64,000 nt of DNA from a bacterium (GTDB lineage: Bacteria; UBA8248), in assembly GCA_965221165.1 (NCBI GenBank), contig CBDCRP010000003.1:160001-224000 (forward strand), written 5' to 3'. Of this stretch, positions 8,861 through 18,326 are shown one piece after another. Within the stretch, counting starts at the first letter, position 1; each line of letters opens with the position of its first letter. The notes beneath the pieces are model-generated. The model made no database searches and had not been told where the DNA came from. It saw only the letters and a program-made list of their open reading frames with translations. A program made the position numbers and the translations under genes.

Positions 8861-11752
8861 CTAATCATCCAGCGCGTCGGCGAGCATCTCGGCGATGTGG
8901 AGCGCCTTTTTGCCGACACCGGCGGAGATTTGCTGTCGGCAGGAGACGCCGTTGGCGATAGTCGTGGCGTCTTCTGCGCCAGCTCTGAGAGCAGGGAAGA
9001 GTTTCGTCTCGCCGATGGCGATCGAAATGTCGAAGTGTTCTTTCTCGTAGCCGAACGAACCGGCCATTCCGCAGCAGCCCGAAGGGATCTGAGTCACCTC
9101 CAAATCTGGAATCATTCCCAGAACCCCCAGGGAGGAGCCTGTGCCTACCAGGGCTTTCTGGTGGCAATGGCCATGGAAGAGGGCTTTCTGCTGTCTCGGG
9201 GACTTGAACTTCAGGTCGAGTTCGCCCTTATCGTGCAGACTTTCAAGAAATTCTTCGAGCATGTAGGAATTCTCCGCCAGGCGTTTTGGCTCATCGCCCG
9301 CCACGAGGTCGGGATATTCATCCCGAAAAGTGAGCAGACAACTCGGCTCGACTCCGATAATGGGCAGTCCCGCCTCTATCGCGGGGGTCAGCCTCGCAAT
9401 GTTCTCCTCCGCCAGCTTCTGACCCTCACGCAAGAGTCCGTGCGATATCATGGGGCGCCCGCAGCAGCCCGTCTCCGCGAGCCCGACCTCGAAGCCGGCC
9501 GCCTCCAGCACCTTGACCGCGGCCTTGCCGATTTCGGGGTAATTGAAGTTCGTAAACGTATCGTTTAAGAACAAAACCTTTCCCCGTGCCGTGTCGGCAC
9601 TCCGAGCGGCGGGACGAGCCTCGAACCAATCCTCGAAGGTGGGCGTCACCAGGGGAGGGAGCCTTCTTCGCTTGTCGATGCCCAAAAACCTGTCCAGCAG
9701 GGAGCGCACGAAGCGATTCCCCAGCGTCCAGTTCACGACTGGCGCCAACGGGGCGCTCAGGCGGTTGATGCGCGCGATGCGGCCCATCATCCGTACGCGC
9801 AGGGGCACGCCGTTCTTGTCGTAATAGGCCTGAAGCACCTCGGCCTTGATCTTCGCCATGTCCACGCTCGATGGACACTCCGCCTTGCAACCCTTACACG
9901 ACAGACAAAGGTCCAACACCTCATAGAGGCGCTCGCTGCCCAGATCCTCTCCGGGTATTCCGTTCGCAATGACTTCCCTGAGCGCGTTCGCCCGCCCGCG
10001 CGTGGAGTGTTCTTCTTCCATCGTCGCCTGGTAGGATGGGCACATCGTGCCGTCTCGCTTGCGACACGCGCCCACGCCGTTGCAAAGCTCAACGGCGCGC
10101 GCGAAACCGCCGTCGCTCGAAAAATCCATGATGGTCGGTATCTCGGGCGTCTTGTAAGACCCGTCAAAACGCAGGTTTTGGGTAAAGGGGAGGCCGTTCA
10201 CGATTTTTCCCGGGTTCATCCGGTTCTCCGGGTCGAAGAGCCGTTTCACCTCGACGAACGCCCCATAAAGTTTCTCGCCGAAGAACTTGGGCACCCACTG
10301 GCTTCTCGCCAGACCGTCGCCGTGCTCTCCGCTCATGGCGCCGCCGTATTCGAGCACGAGGTCCGAGACCTCCTCGGCGATGGCGGCCATTTTCTCGATC
10401 TCCGTATCGTCTTTGAGATTGATGAGCGGGCGCAGGTGCAACAGGCCCACACTCGTGTGGCCATAGTAGGAGGTGGCCGTATCGTACTTCTTCATGATGG
10501 CCTCGAAATGCCGGTAATAATCCAGGAGTCGCTCGGGGGCCACCGCGCAATCCTCCACGAAGGCGCAGGGCTTCCAGTCGCCCCGCCGTCCGAGGAGAAA
10601 GCCCAATCCCGCCTTTCGCATATTCAGGCAGTCCTGCTTGTGGGCGGGATCATCCAGCGGAACGCGCGCGTAGCCGATGTTCTTCGCTTCCAGTTCATCA
10701 TGGAGACGCCTGACTTTCTCTTTGGCTTCATCGTCGTTTTCGGCGAAAAACTCAATCGTCAGGAAAGAATCGGGATCGCCCACCACGAAGCTGCTCATGA
10801 GGCGCTGGGCTTCGAGGTTCTGCTTGGCGAGCTCGATGATCACCCTGTCGATGATCTCTATCGCCGCCACGTCGTGGGCCAAAATCGTCGTGCTCGCGGC
10901 GAGAGCCTCTTCGATGCTGTGGAAATGAACCACGAGGACGCCGAGCGCCTTGGGCTTGGGGCACACGCGCACCTTGGCTTCGGTGACCACGGCCAGCGTA
11001 CCCTCGGCGCCCACCATGAGCTTGGCGAGGTTGAAGGGCTGCGTCTCCCTGGCGAGTTCATCGAGGTTGTATCCGCTCACGCGGCGCATGATTTTTGGGT
11101 AGCGGTCTTCAATCTCCCCCCGCTGGTCGTCCACGATATCTTTCAGCGCCTTATGGAGCCTGCCTGTTCTCGAATCCTGACGCATGAGGTCTACGAGAGA
11201 ATCCGTATCCACAGGCCTGAAAGAGAAGGGCTCTCCATCGGCGAAATAACCGGAAACTTCGATGACGTGATCCACCGTCTTCCCGTAGACGATGGAGCGA
11301 GAACCAGAGGAGTTGTTCCCCAACATGCCGCCGATGGTGGCGCGGCTGCTCGTGGAGGTGTTGGGGCCGAAAACGAATCCGCGTGGGCTCAGGTAATCGT
11401 TAAAATGATCCTGAACCAGACCGGGCTGGACACGCGCCCATTCCTCATCGGCGTTTAATTCGAGCACCTGGTTCATGTATTTGGAAAAATCAAGCACCAA
11501 GGCTTCACCCACGGTCTGGCCGGCGAGGCTGGTTCCGCCGCCCCGGGGGAGGATGGCGACGTTGTGTCTTTGGGCGATTCGAAGCGTTTTTTCCACGTCG
11601 GCATCCGTTTTAGGCAGCACGAGGCCCACGGGTTCAATTTCGTACATGCTCGCGTCGGTGCTGTATATTTTTCTGGTGAAAGCATCGAAGCGCACTTCAC
11701 CATCAATAGCTGCGCGTAATTCTTGCTCAAGTGTTGCGCTAACTTTCATCAT
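8861..11752 (-). CDS. FAD-binding and Fe-S-binding oxidoreductase (YdiJ / GlcD-GlcF fusion type)
   Basis: YSTDAS, PRGGGTSLAGQ, GEHGDG, NPGKI, CNGVGAC, CLSCKGC...CP, CCG domains, SCRQQ. Confidence 0.92.
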   Translation of the reverse strand: MMKVSATLEQELRAAIDGEVRFDAFTRKIYSTDASMYEIEPVGLVLPKTDADVEKTLRIAQRHNVAILPRGGGTSLAGQTVGEALVLDFSKYMNQVLELNADEEWARVQPGLVQDHFNDYLSPRGFVFGPNTSTSSRATIGGMLGNNSSGSRSIVYGKTVDHVIEVSGYFADGEPFSFRPVDTDSLVDLMRQDSRTGRLHKALKDIVDDQRGEIEDRYPKIMRRVSGYNLDELARETQPFNLAKLMVGAEGTLAVVTEAKVRVCPKPKALGVLVVHFHSIEEALAASTTILAHDVAAIEIIDRVIIELAKQNLEAQRLMSSFVVGDPDSFLTIEFFAENDDEAKEKVRRLHDELEAKNIGYARVPLDDPAHKQDCLNMRKAGLGFLLGRRGDWKPCAFVEDCAVAPERLLDYYRHFEAIMKKYDTATSYYGHTSVGLLHLRPLINLKDDTEIEKMAAIAEEVSDLVLEYGGAMSGEHGDGLARSQWVPKFFGEKLYGAFVEVKRLFDPENRMNPGKIVNGLPFTQNLRFDGSYKTPEIPTIMDFSSDGGFARAVELCNGVGACRKRDGTMCPSYQATMEEEHSTRGRANALREVIANGIPGEDLGSERLYEVLDLCLSCKGCKAECPSSVDMAKIKAEVLQAYYDKNGVPLRVRMMGRIARINRLSAPLAPVVNWTLGNRFVRSLLDRFLGIDKRRRLPPLVTPTFEDWFEARPAARSADTARGKVLFLNDTFTNFNYPEIGKAAVKVLEAAGFEVGLAETGCCGRPMISHGLLREGQKLAEENIARLTPAIEAGLPIIGVEPSCLLTFRDEYPDLVAGDEPKRLAENSYMLEEFLESLHDKGELDLKFKSPRQQKALFHGHCHQKALVGTGSSLGVLGMIPDLEVTQIPSGCCGMAGSFGYEKEHFDISIAIGETKLFPALRAGAEDATTIANGVSCRQQISAGVGKKALHIAEMLADALDD

Positions 11753-11956
11753 TTACCTCGTTGATTTAAAATATAATGATACAATAATATAATAAATTAC
11801 TTTAAGTTTATAAAAAGCAAATTCATCATAGGTCAGACGAACATTAGAGACAAGAGAAGTATTGGCCATTTTGTCTATCTTCGCCACGCTCGTTTGCCAA
11901 AGAGTGGGGCGGCGCGCTAAGTTTCGCTCAAGACGCCCAATAGAAGGAACGATGCT

Positions 11957-12958
11957 TTGAATTACCACGAATTGGCGCGGCGCACCCTTGAAGATGAAAG
12001 ACCCGAACGAGAAGAGGCGCTCTCGATCGTCAACGCGCCGGATGATGAGATCCTTCAGCTTCTCGACGCCGCCTTTTCGGTGCGGCAAGCCTATTTCGGA
12101 AAAAAAGTGCAGATTCACTACCTCATCAACGCCAAAAGCGGCATCTGCCCGGAGGATTGTGGATATTGCTCTCAATCCGCCGTCTCCAGCACTCAAATCA
12201 ACAGATACGAGCTTGTGGATGAAGAACAGCTCCTCGAAGGAGCTTCTCGGGCCGAGGCGGCCGGTTCAAGACGCTATTGCATCGTCATCAGCGCACGAGG
12301 GCCGTCGGATACGGAAATTGAAAAACTCTGCCGCGCCGTCTCCAGAATCAAATCACACCATCGCCTTTCCGTGTGCTGTTCTCTCGGCCTGGTGGAAGCC
12401 TCCCAGGCCGCCAGGCTCAACGAGGCGGGCGTTGATCGCCTGAACCACAACCTCAATACGAGCGCGCGCTATTATCCCCAAATCTGCTCCACGCACACCT
12501 ATGACGACCGCATGGACACCCTGAGTGCGGCGCGTGGAGCCGGCCTTGAATTGTGCTCCGGGGTAATTTTCGGGCAAGGGGAGAACACCGACGACGTCAT
12601 CGCCGTTTGTGAAGCGCTGAGTGAACTCGCGCCCGAATCCATACCGGTCAACTTTCTCAACCCCATCGGCGGCACACCGCTCGAGGGAAAGCCCTTGTTA
12701 GGTCCAACTACCTGTCTCAAGCTATTGTGTCTGATGCGCTTCTATAATCCCCGTTCAGAAATTCGCGTCGCCGGGGGAAGGGAAGTCCAACTGAGAGAAT
12801 TGCAGCCTCTGGCGCTCTTTCCCGCCAACTCCATCTTCGTCGACGGCTACCTCACCACATCCGGCCAGGAGTCGGCCGCAGCACACAGCATGATTCGCGA
12901 TGCGGGATTTGAACTCGACGTAGAAGGCCATGCCGACCCGGTTCTCCCGGAACGATAA
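11957..12958 (+). CDS. bioB: Biotin synthase
   Basis: NAKSG.CPEDCGYC.QS radical-SAM motif, NHNLNT, PVNFL.PI.GTPL, ANSIF..GYLTT. Confidence 0.96.
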   Translation: MNYHELARRTLEDERPEREEALSIVNAPDDEILQLLDAAFSVRQAYFGKKVQIHYLINAKSGICPEDCGYCSQSAVSSTQINRYELVDEEQLLEGASRAEAAGSRRYCIVISARGPSDTEIEKLCRAVSRIKSHHRLSVCCSLGLVEASQAARLNEAGVDRLNHNLNTSARYYPQICSTHTYDDRMDTLSAARGAGLELCSGVIFGQGENTDDVIAVCEALSELAPESIPVNFLNPIGGTPLEGKPLLGPTTCLKLLCLMRFYNPRSEIRVAGGREVQLRELQPLALFPANSIFVDGYLTTSGQESAAAHSMIRDAGFELDVEGHADPVLPER

Positions 12959-13168
12959 GCATCGCTCCTGATTTTTTCGTTCATGTTCGCACTTTTCACA
13001 TAGATCCTAAGCGAAGAGCAAGACGTTGAAGTGGCTCGGCATAACAGACGTGTCTTGAGAAATTCGTGTATCAGAAGAAGGTTTATTAGTGTAAAATAAT
13101 AATGTGAAATATATAAATCATTTATTTATAATATAATATTAGATATTCTTAAAGTACTACATTTCATA

Positions 13169-13181
13169 AATCAAACTTTTA
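13169..13181 (+). promoter_or_regulatory. IHF consensus match in AT-rich tract
   Basis: AATCAAACTTTTA fits WATCAANNNNTTR. Confidence 0.35.
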
Positions 13182-13315
13182 CATATTGACGAAAACATTC
13201 CTTCACCAACAGGAATGTCCGTTAATTGGGGGGTAGATCCTGGGGGTAGTTCGTCATAGCCTTGTCTGTCATGCAGGGAAGTTCTAGCAAATGCCTAAAA
13301 AAGCCCAGAGATATA

Positions 13316-13343
13316 ATTTTACATAATATATCTTATCGTCGCT
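13316..13343 (-). other. dif: dif-like XerC/XerD recombination site (probable chromosomal dif)
   Basis: Minus strand AGCGACGATAA-GATATA-TTATGTAAAAT vs E. coli dif GGTGCGCATAA-TGTATA-TTATGTTAAAT; intergenic; gene orientation converges here. Confidence 0.85.
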
Positions 13344-13368
13344 ATATCAGGGCTTTTTCGGGCACCCT

Positions 13369-14040
13369 CTATTTGAGGGCTTTCGCGTTGCTCAGTTTCG
13401 AGCGGATTTGTTCAGGCAAAAACGGACTCTCCGGGTGTTTTTTGCTCAACTCTTCATACGTCTTTCGTGCATCCTCCGCTCGGCCGAGCTTCTCCTGGCA
13501 ATCGGCGATGGATACATACAAATCCTCGGACGTGAAAAGGCTCCCTTTGCCCAGAATCGACTCCCACAGCGGGATAGCTTCGGTGCAGGCACCCTGCAGC
13601 ATCAAGACGGAGGCCACCCCCCGTTTGGCTAGTTCCTTGTCGGTCTCTGAGGAAATGCTGCTCTTGGCCACGAGCTCATACTGGGCTCGCGCGCCTTGGT
13701 ATTCTTTTCTTTCGCGCAGCAAGGCCGCCAGATGTAATCGCGCCAAAAGACCCGGACGCGAGCGTGGATAATTGTCCGACACCTGTTGAAGCGCGGCTTC
13801 CACGGCCTCTCCTTTTCCGTCCGGGGACGCGATTTTGGCCAAACCATACGCCAAGGACGCTTTTTCCCGCGCACGTTCATCCCACATACGGTATCCCACG
13901 AAAATGGCCGCCACCAAAACGACGGCCGCTAACCCCGCATAGAAAATCTTCTGATTCTCGATGAACCAGACGAGCGCCTTTCTTCCGTAGGTCTGCAAAG
14001 CATCCGGCTGCCGAATTTCTTTTCTGAAAGTTCTAGCCAT
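13369..14040 (-). CDS. Membrane-anchored TPR protein (YfgM-like)
   Basis: RKEIRQPD N-terminus, one TM helix, TPR-like helices; start set at ATG 14040. Confidence 0.8.
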   Translation of the reverse strand: MARTFRKEIRQPDALQTYGRKALVWFIENQKIFYAGLAAVVLVAAIFVGYRMWDERAREKASLAYGLAKIASPDGKGEAVEAALQQVSDNYPRSRPGLLARLHLAALLRERKEYQGARAQYELVAKSSISSETDKELAKRGVASVLMLQGACTEAIPLWESILGKGSLFTSEDLYVSIADCQEKLGRAEDARKTYEELSKKHPESPFLPEQIRSKLSNAKALK

Positions 14041-14413
14041 CGCACCACCATCCTTTGTCACTGAAGCCCCGCGCCAGCACCAATAATTTCACCGGGAACG
14101 CTCCCAACCATTCCCGAGCCACCCCTTTCACATACCAAGTCTCTCGCGTCGTTTACCGCATCGGAAATGACCGGAGGGCACGATAAGTGGAACGGACCGA
14201 GCCGTCAATCGCTCTCCGAAATATCGTCCGTGATGAGGCACCCGAAGAAATCGCGTTTCTCCTTGCCACTACACCGATGCCCCGCGAGAGATCCAAAACC
14301 CGAACACACACCTGTGAGCACCATACGCGCACATCTCAAGTACGCATAAGGTGATAGTTTTGATATCACTCCCGGAGAATTGTATGCGTTCGAGAAACAC
14401 GTCCAGGCGAGTC

Positions 14414-14839
14414 TCAACGTTTCCCATTGAGAATTTCGAGTATTTCCCTGAGTTCTTTCCGAATCCACGCCAGATCGATGCTCTTCTCGCTTTGGGTCTC
14501 TAACGGCAACAAAGGGGCAATTCCCGGCTCGGCCCCGACAGGCTTTTTCGCCGCCTTGTTTGCTTCGGACCGCGCAGCTCTTTGCTTTTGAAGTTGTTTC
14601 TTGGCTCCGGCAATGGTGAAGTTCTCTTCGTACAATAATTGCTTGATCGAAAAAACGAGTTCCACATCCTTGCGGCGGTATACCCGTTGTCCAGAGTCAC
14701 CTTTTGCGGGCCGGAGCATTCGAAACTCGCTCTCCCAGTAGCGAAGCACATGGGGCTTCGTACCCGTCAACTCCGCTACTTCACCGATCTTAAAGAACAA
14801 CTTGTCGGGTATATGCTGATCTCGAGCGATTTGAGCCAT
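14414..14839 (-). CDS. MerR family transcriptional regulator
   Basis: [13 protein letters not shown]...[14 protein letters not shown]...QR.YRRKD...FTIAGA. Confidence 0.92.
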   Translation of the reverse strand: MAQIARDQHIPDKLFFKIGEVAELTGTKPHVLRYWESEFRMLRPAKGDSGQRVYRRKDVELVFSIKQLLYEENFTIAGAKKQLQKQRAARSEANKAAKKPVGAEPGIAPLLPLETQSEKSIDLAWIRKELREILEILNGKR

Positions 14840-14849
14840 AGCTGACTCC

Positions 14850-15995
14850 CTATTTTTTCGACCTTCGACGCACTACGATGGCATCAGAAAATCCTGCAAG
14901 ACGAATTTTTTTTCTGTAAACCAACGCATCACGATGGGTCTTGAATTTCCCCGTCCTTATTGTGTAAAGCCTCCTTTTGGTTCTGCTCTGAAGCCGGGAG
15001 GCAAGCTCGCCACGAAAACCAGAATCCTCCGCACGATCCAGGAGAATGGCGGCATCTTCCAAATTCCTGAAACTTCCCGCGGCCACTCTCCATTGATTGG
15101 CATATCGATATACCCTGGCTCCGATCTTGTTCTTCCTGGCCTCGCTCGCCAGCGCCCGCGCTTCAGCAAGGCTCGAAAACGAGCCGAGGCGCACTTCCGT
15201 CATTTGACCACCACGTACCTTCGCACGGCCTGTGCTCGCCACCTTGAAGACGGAAAACCCCTTGCCCAGCAAACGTTTCGAAAATGATTCCGCGCAACGA
15301 TTTGTACTACAGGAAGCCACCTGAACGCTGTAATAAAAACCACGAGGCAACTTGCGAACGCCCGCCCCTTCTGGCCTTTTCGCTTTCACCTTTTCGGTCT
15401 TTTTTTCAACGACCTGTTTTCTCATGAGATTCGGGCGACTGGCTCCCGTTTTTTTCTCGGAGATTTTCCCGGCCATCGCCATTTCACGCTTTGGCTTTGC
15501 TTTCGTAATCTGTGATGCGGCAGGCTTTTCCGTTATCGAAGCCGTAGGGAGGAGCGGCGGCTTTTCAGCCGGCTTCAAGGGTGCGGGTCGCTCAGGTCGT
15601 ATGGTCCGATTCGGCGGCCCGAGCGCTCTTTTTTGACTCTGAGCGGCGCTATCGGAGGCCTTCTGAGACCGCCCAGGAAAGCCAGGAGCCCGTTTTGCGC
15701 TCTCAGCTTCACTTCTCAATTTCGCCAAATGCATTCTTCTTTGCTGTTCTTGCTTCATGCGGGTTCTTTTGAGTTGCGCCGTTTTCTTGACCTTGGGGAG
15801 CCACCAAAACTGATATCCCGCCCATGCCACTCCGCCCAGCATGACACAGACGAACAGGATGACCATCAAGACATCGACGAAGCCACCCCTACGCCGCTCA
15901 TAACTTCCCCCGTCGTCTCCGAAATCTTCCTCGGGATCGCCTTCCCTTTCCTCCTCATCATCGCCTTCGAGAAGATTCACACCTTTTCTCGCCAT
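14850..15995 (-). CDS. Membrane-anchored SPOR domain protein
   Basis: Acidic N-terminus, TM helix, low-complexity linker, four SPOR half-repeats ([29 protein letters not shown]). Confidence 0.8.
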   Translation of the reverse strand: MARKGVNLLEGDDEEEREGDPEEDFGDDGGSYERRRGGFVDVLMVILFVCVMLGGVAWAGYQFWWLPKVKKTAQLKRTRMKQEQQRRMHLAKLRSEAESAKRAPGFPGRSQKASDSAAQSQKRALGPPNRTIRPERPAPLKPAEKPPLLPTASITEKPAASQITKAKPKREMAMAGKISEKKTGASRPNLMRKQVVEKKTEKVKAKRPEGAGVRKLPRGFYYSVQVASCSTNRCAESFSKRLLGKGFSVFKVASTGRAKVRGGQMTEVRLGSFSSLAEARALASEARKNKIGARVYRYANQWRVAAGSFRNLEDAAILLDRAEDSGFRGELASRLQSRTKRRLYTIRTGKFKTHRDALVYRKKIRLAGFSDAIVVRRRSKK

Positions 15996-16020
15996 GATAA
16001 GAATCCTCTATATGCGAAAA

Positions 16021-18108
16021 TCACTCGCTCTCACGGGCAAGCACCGTTTCGGATACGATTTTCTCAGAGATCTGTCCCGGCACTTCCTCATAGTGTGAAA
16101 ACTCGATGGAGAAATCACCCCGATCCGCAGTAATCGACCGCAGCGCGGGCGCATAGTTCAACACTTCCGCCATGGGAACCTGGGATTTGATGACCTGCTT
16201 GCCTCCAACGCCGGGGTCCATGCCCAGCACCCTGCCCCTGCGCGAATTCATGTCCCCGATGATGTCGCCCATATATTCTTCTGGAACGATGATGTCTATG
16301 TTCATGATGGGCTCCAGGAGAGTCGGCTTGCATTCCTGCACACCCTTTTTGAAGCCGAGCGAACCGGCTATCTTGAATGCCATCTCGGAGCTGTCGACAT
16401 TGTGAAAACTACCGTCATAAAGCGTGATTCTCAGATCCGTCACCGGATAGCCGGCCAAGGTTCCGGAGTCCATAGCTTCTACAATTCCCTTCTCCACGGC
16501 CGGAATAAATGTTTTTGGAATCGCTCCGCCTACAATCTTGTCCACGAATTCGAACCCGCTTCCGCGCTGCAACGGTTCAATCTCGAGCCAGGTGTCCCCA
16601 AACTGCCCTCGGCCACCCGTTTGTTTCTTATAGCGGCCCTGCACCTTGGTTCTGCCCTTGATCGTTTCCTTATAGGGCACGCGCGGGGTCTTCATTTCCA
16701 CTTCCACTCCATATTTGCGTTTGATGCGCTCCACCATCACCTCGATGTGCAAAACACCCAGACCCGAAAGAAGCATCTCTTTCGTTTGGGGATCACGGCT
16801 GATGGTGAGCGCGGGGTCCTCATCGCGCAGGCGCGCGAGGGCCGTACTGAGTTTCTCCTCATCTCCCTTACTCTTCGGCGCTACGGCGTAGGAGATGACT
16901 GGCGAAGGAAAGTTGATGGGCTCCATCACGACTGCACCGGCCTCGTCGCAAAGCGTATCCCCCGTTCTCGTAGTTTTCAGTTTAGCGAGCGCGGCGATGT
17001 CTCCGGGCACAAGCCTGTCGGAGACGGGTGACTGCCCTTTCCCCTGAATGAAGAGCAAAGAACCGATTCTCTCTTTTTCCGATTGCGTCGTGTTGAGAAC
17101 ACCGATATCAGAAGAAACCTCGCCCGAGACTACGCGGAAGTAATTCAACTTACCGGCGAAAGCGTCCACAACCGTCTTGAACACCAAGGCGCGGAAAGGC
17201 TCGCTCGCCTCCGCTTTGACGCTCACCTCCTCGCCGCTATTGTTCTTCGCCTTGAATTCATGCGCAAAAGGCGAAGCGCCGAACTGCTCAATCGCTTTGA
17301 GCAAAAGATCCGTACCTACGTTTTTCAAACCACACCCGCATAAAACCGGGAAGAAGGAACCCTCCTGAATGCCTTGGCGCAATCCCTGAACGATCTCCTC
17401 CGGCGAGAGTTCCTCTCCCTCCAAATACTTCTCGAGCACTTCTTCGTTCGTCTCTGCGGCAAACTCGACAAGCTGCCCGCGATACTCTTCGTAGGCATCG
17501 GCAAGTTCCGGCGGAACGTCGCTCTCCACACCCTTTCCATTGCCCTCCACCTCGTAGGTGTAAGCTTTGCCGGAGATGAGATCGACGACCCCATTAAAAT
17601 CGGCGCCCGGATTCATGGGTAGCTGCAATACTACGAGACGCTTGTCGATCGTTTTGCCCGCATATTCCATCGCGCGGCTCAAATCAGCTTGCTCATGATC
17701 CATCTGGTTCAGATATATGAATGAGCACAAACCTTCTTCCTCGGCCCAGCCCAGAACTTTTTCGGTAATTACCTTCGGCTCTGAGTGAGAATTCAGCACG
17801 ACGACTGCGTTGTCAGATGCGCGGATGGCTGCGACGGTATCCGATATGAAATTCGAATACCCCGGGGTATCGAGAAGATTGAAACGATGCTTGTTCCAAT
17901 CGGCGTAGGCCACTGCTCCCAAGATGGAGGAGTTTCTCTTCACTTCTTCGGGTTCCGAATCGAGTATTGTGCTGCCCGCATCAACTTTTCCTTGCCTGTC
18001 CGTGCTTCCCGCAGTGAAGAGGCAGGCTTCCACGAGAGAAGTTTTTCCATTCCCTCCTTCTCCCACAAAAGCGATGTTTCGAATTTTATCTGTTTCGTGC
18101 GCCGCCAT
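16021..18108 (-). CDS. fusA: Elongation factor G paralogue (EF-G2 type)
   Basis: IRNIA..G...GKTSL, DTPGY, KKQTGGRGQFG, DGSFH.VDSSEMAF; stands apart from rpsL/rpsG/tuf. Confidence 0.92.
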   Translation of the reverse strand: MAAHETDKIRNIAFVGEGGNGKTSLVEACLFTAGSTDRQGKVDAGSTILDSEPEEVKRNSSILGAVAYADWNKHRFNLLDTPGYSNFISDTVAAIRASDNAVVVLNSHSEPKVITEKVLGWAEEEGLCSFIYLNQMDHEQADLSRAMEYAGKTIDKRLVVLQLPMNPGADFNGVVDLISGKAYTYEVEGNGKGVESDVPPELADAYEEYRGQLVEFAAETNEEVLEKYLEGEELSPEEIVQGLRQGIQEGSFFPVLCGCGLKNVGTDLLLKAIEQFGASPFAHEFKAKNNSGEEVSVKAEASEPFRALVFKTVVDAFAGKLNYFRVVSGEVSSDIGVLNTTQSEKERIGSLLFIQGKGQSPVSDRLVPGDIAALAKLKTTRTGDTLCDEAGAVVMEPINFPSPVISYAVAPKSKGDEEKLSTALARLRDEDPALTISRDPQTKEMLLSGLGVLHIEVMVERIKRKYGVEVEMKTPRVPYKETIKGRTKVQGRYKKQTGGRGQFGDTWLEIEPLQRGSGFEFVDKIVGGAIPKTFIPAVEKGIVEAMDSGTLAGYPVTDLRITLYDGSFHNVDSSEMAFKIAGSLGFKKGVQECKPTLLEPIMNIDIIVPEEYMGDIIGDMNSRRGRVLGMDPGVGGKQVIKSQVPMAEVLNYAPALRSITADRGDFSIEFSHYEEVPGQISEKIVSETVLARESE

Positions 18109-18326
18109 CTACCTCAACTCCTCTGATATCAGTCTCTTGGCAACGTGACGTTTCATAAGTGTCTCGTGCCCGACTCGGTGATGAGTGCGAAAAACATGTA
18201 TTCATAGAATCCTGCCATCAAGAGGCCGCTTTGTCAATCAGAATGAATTACTTGCGGGGTATCATTAAAGCTAGGCATGAACTATGGAGCGATGCGTTTA
18301 CTCCAAACTCTCGAAATTCCTTGAAG

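Noticed and set aside
11845-11880. BirA operator upstream of bioB (AGACAA...TTGTCT inverted repeat)
   Set aside because: Half-sites are oriented opposite to the BirA consensus and are only 6 bp long
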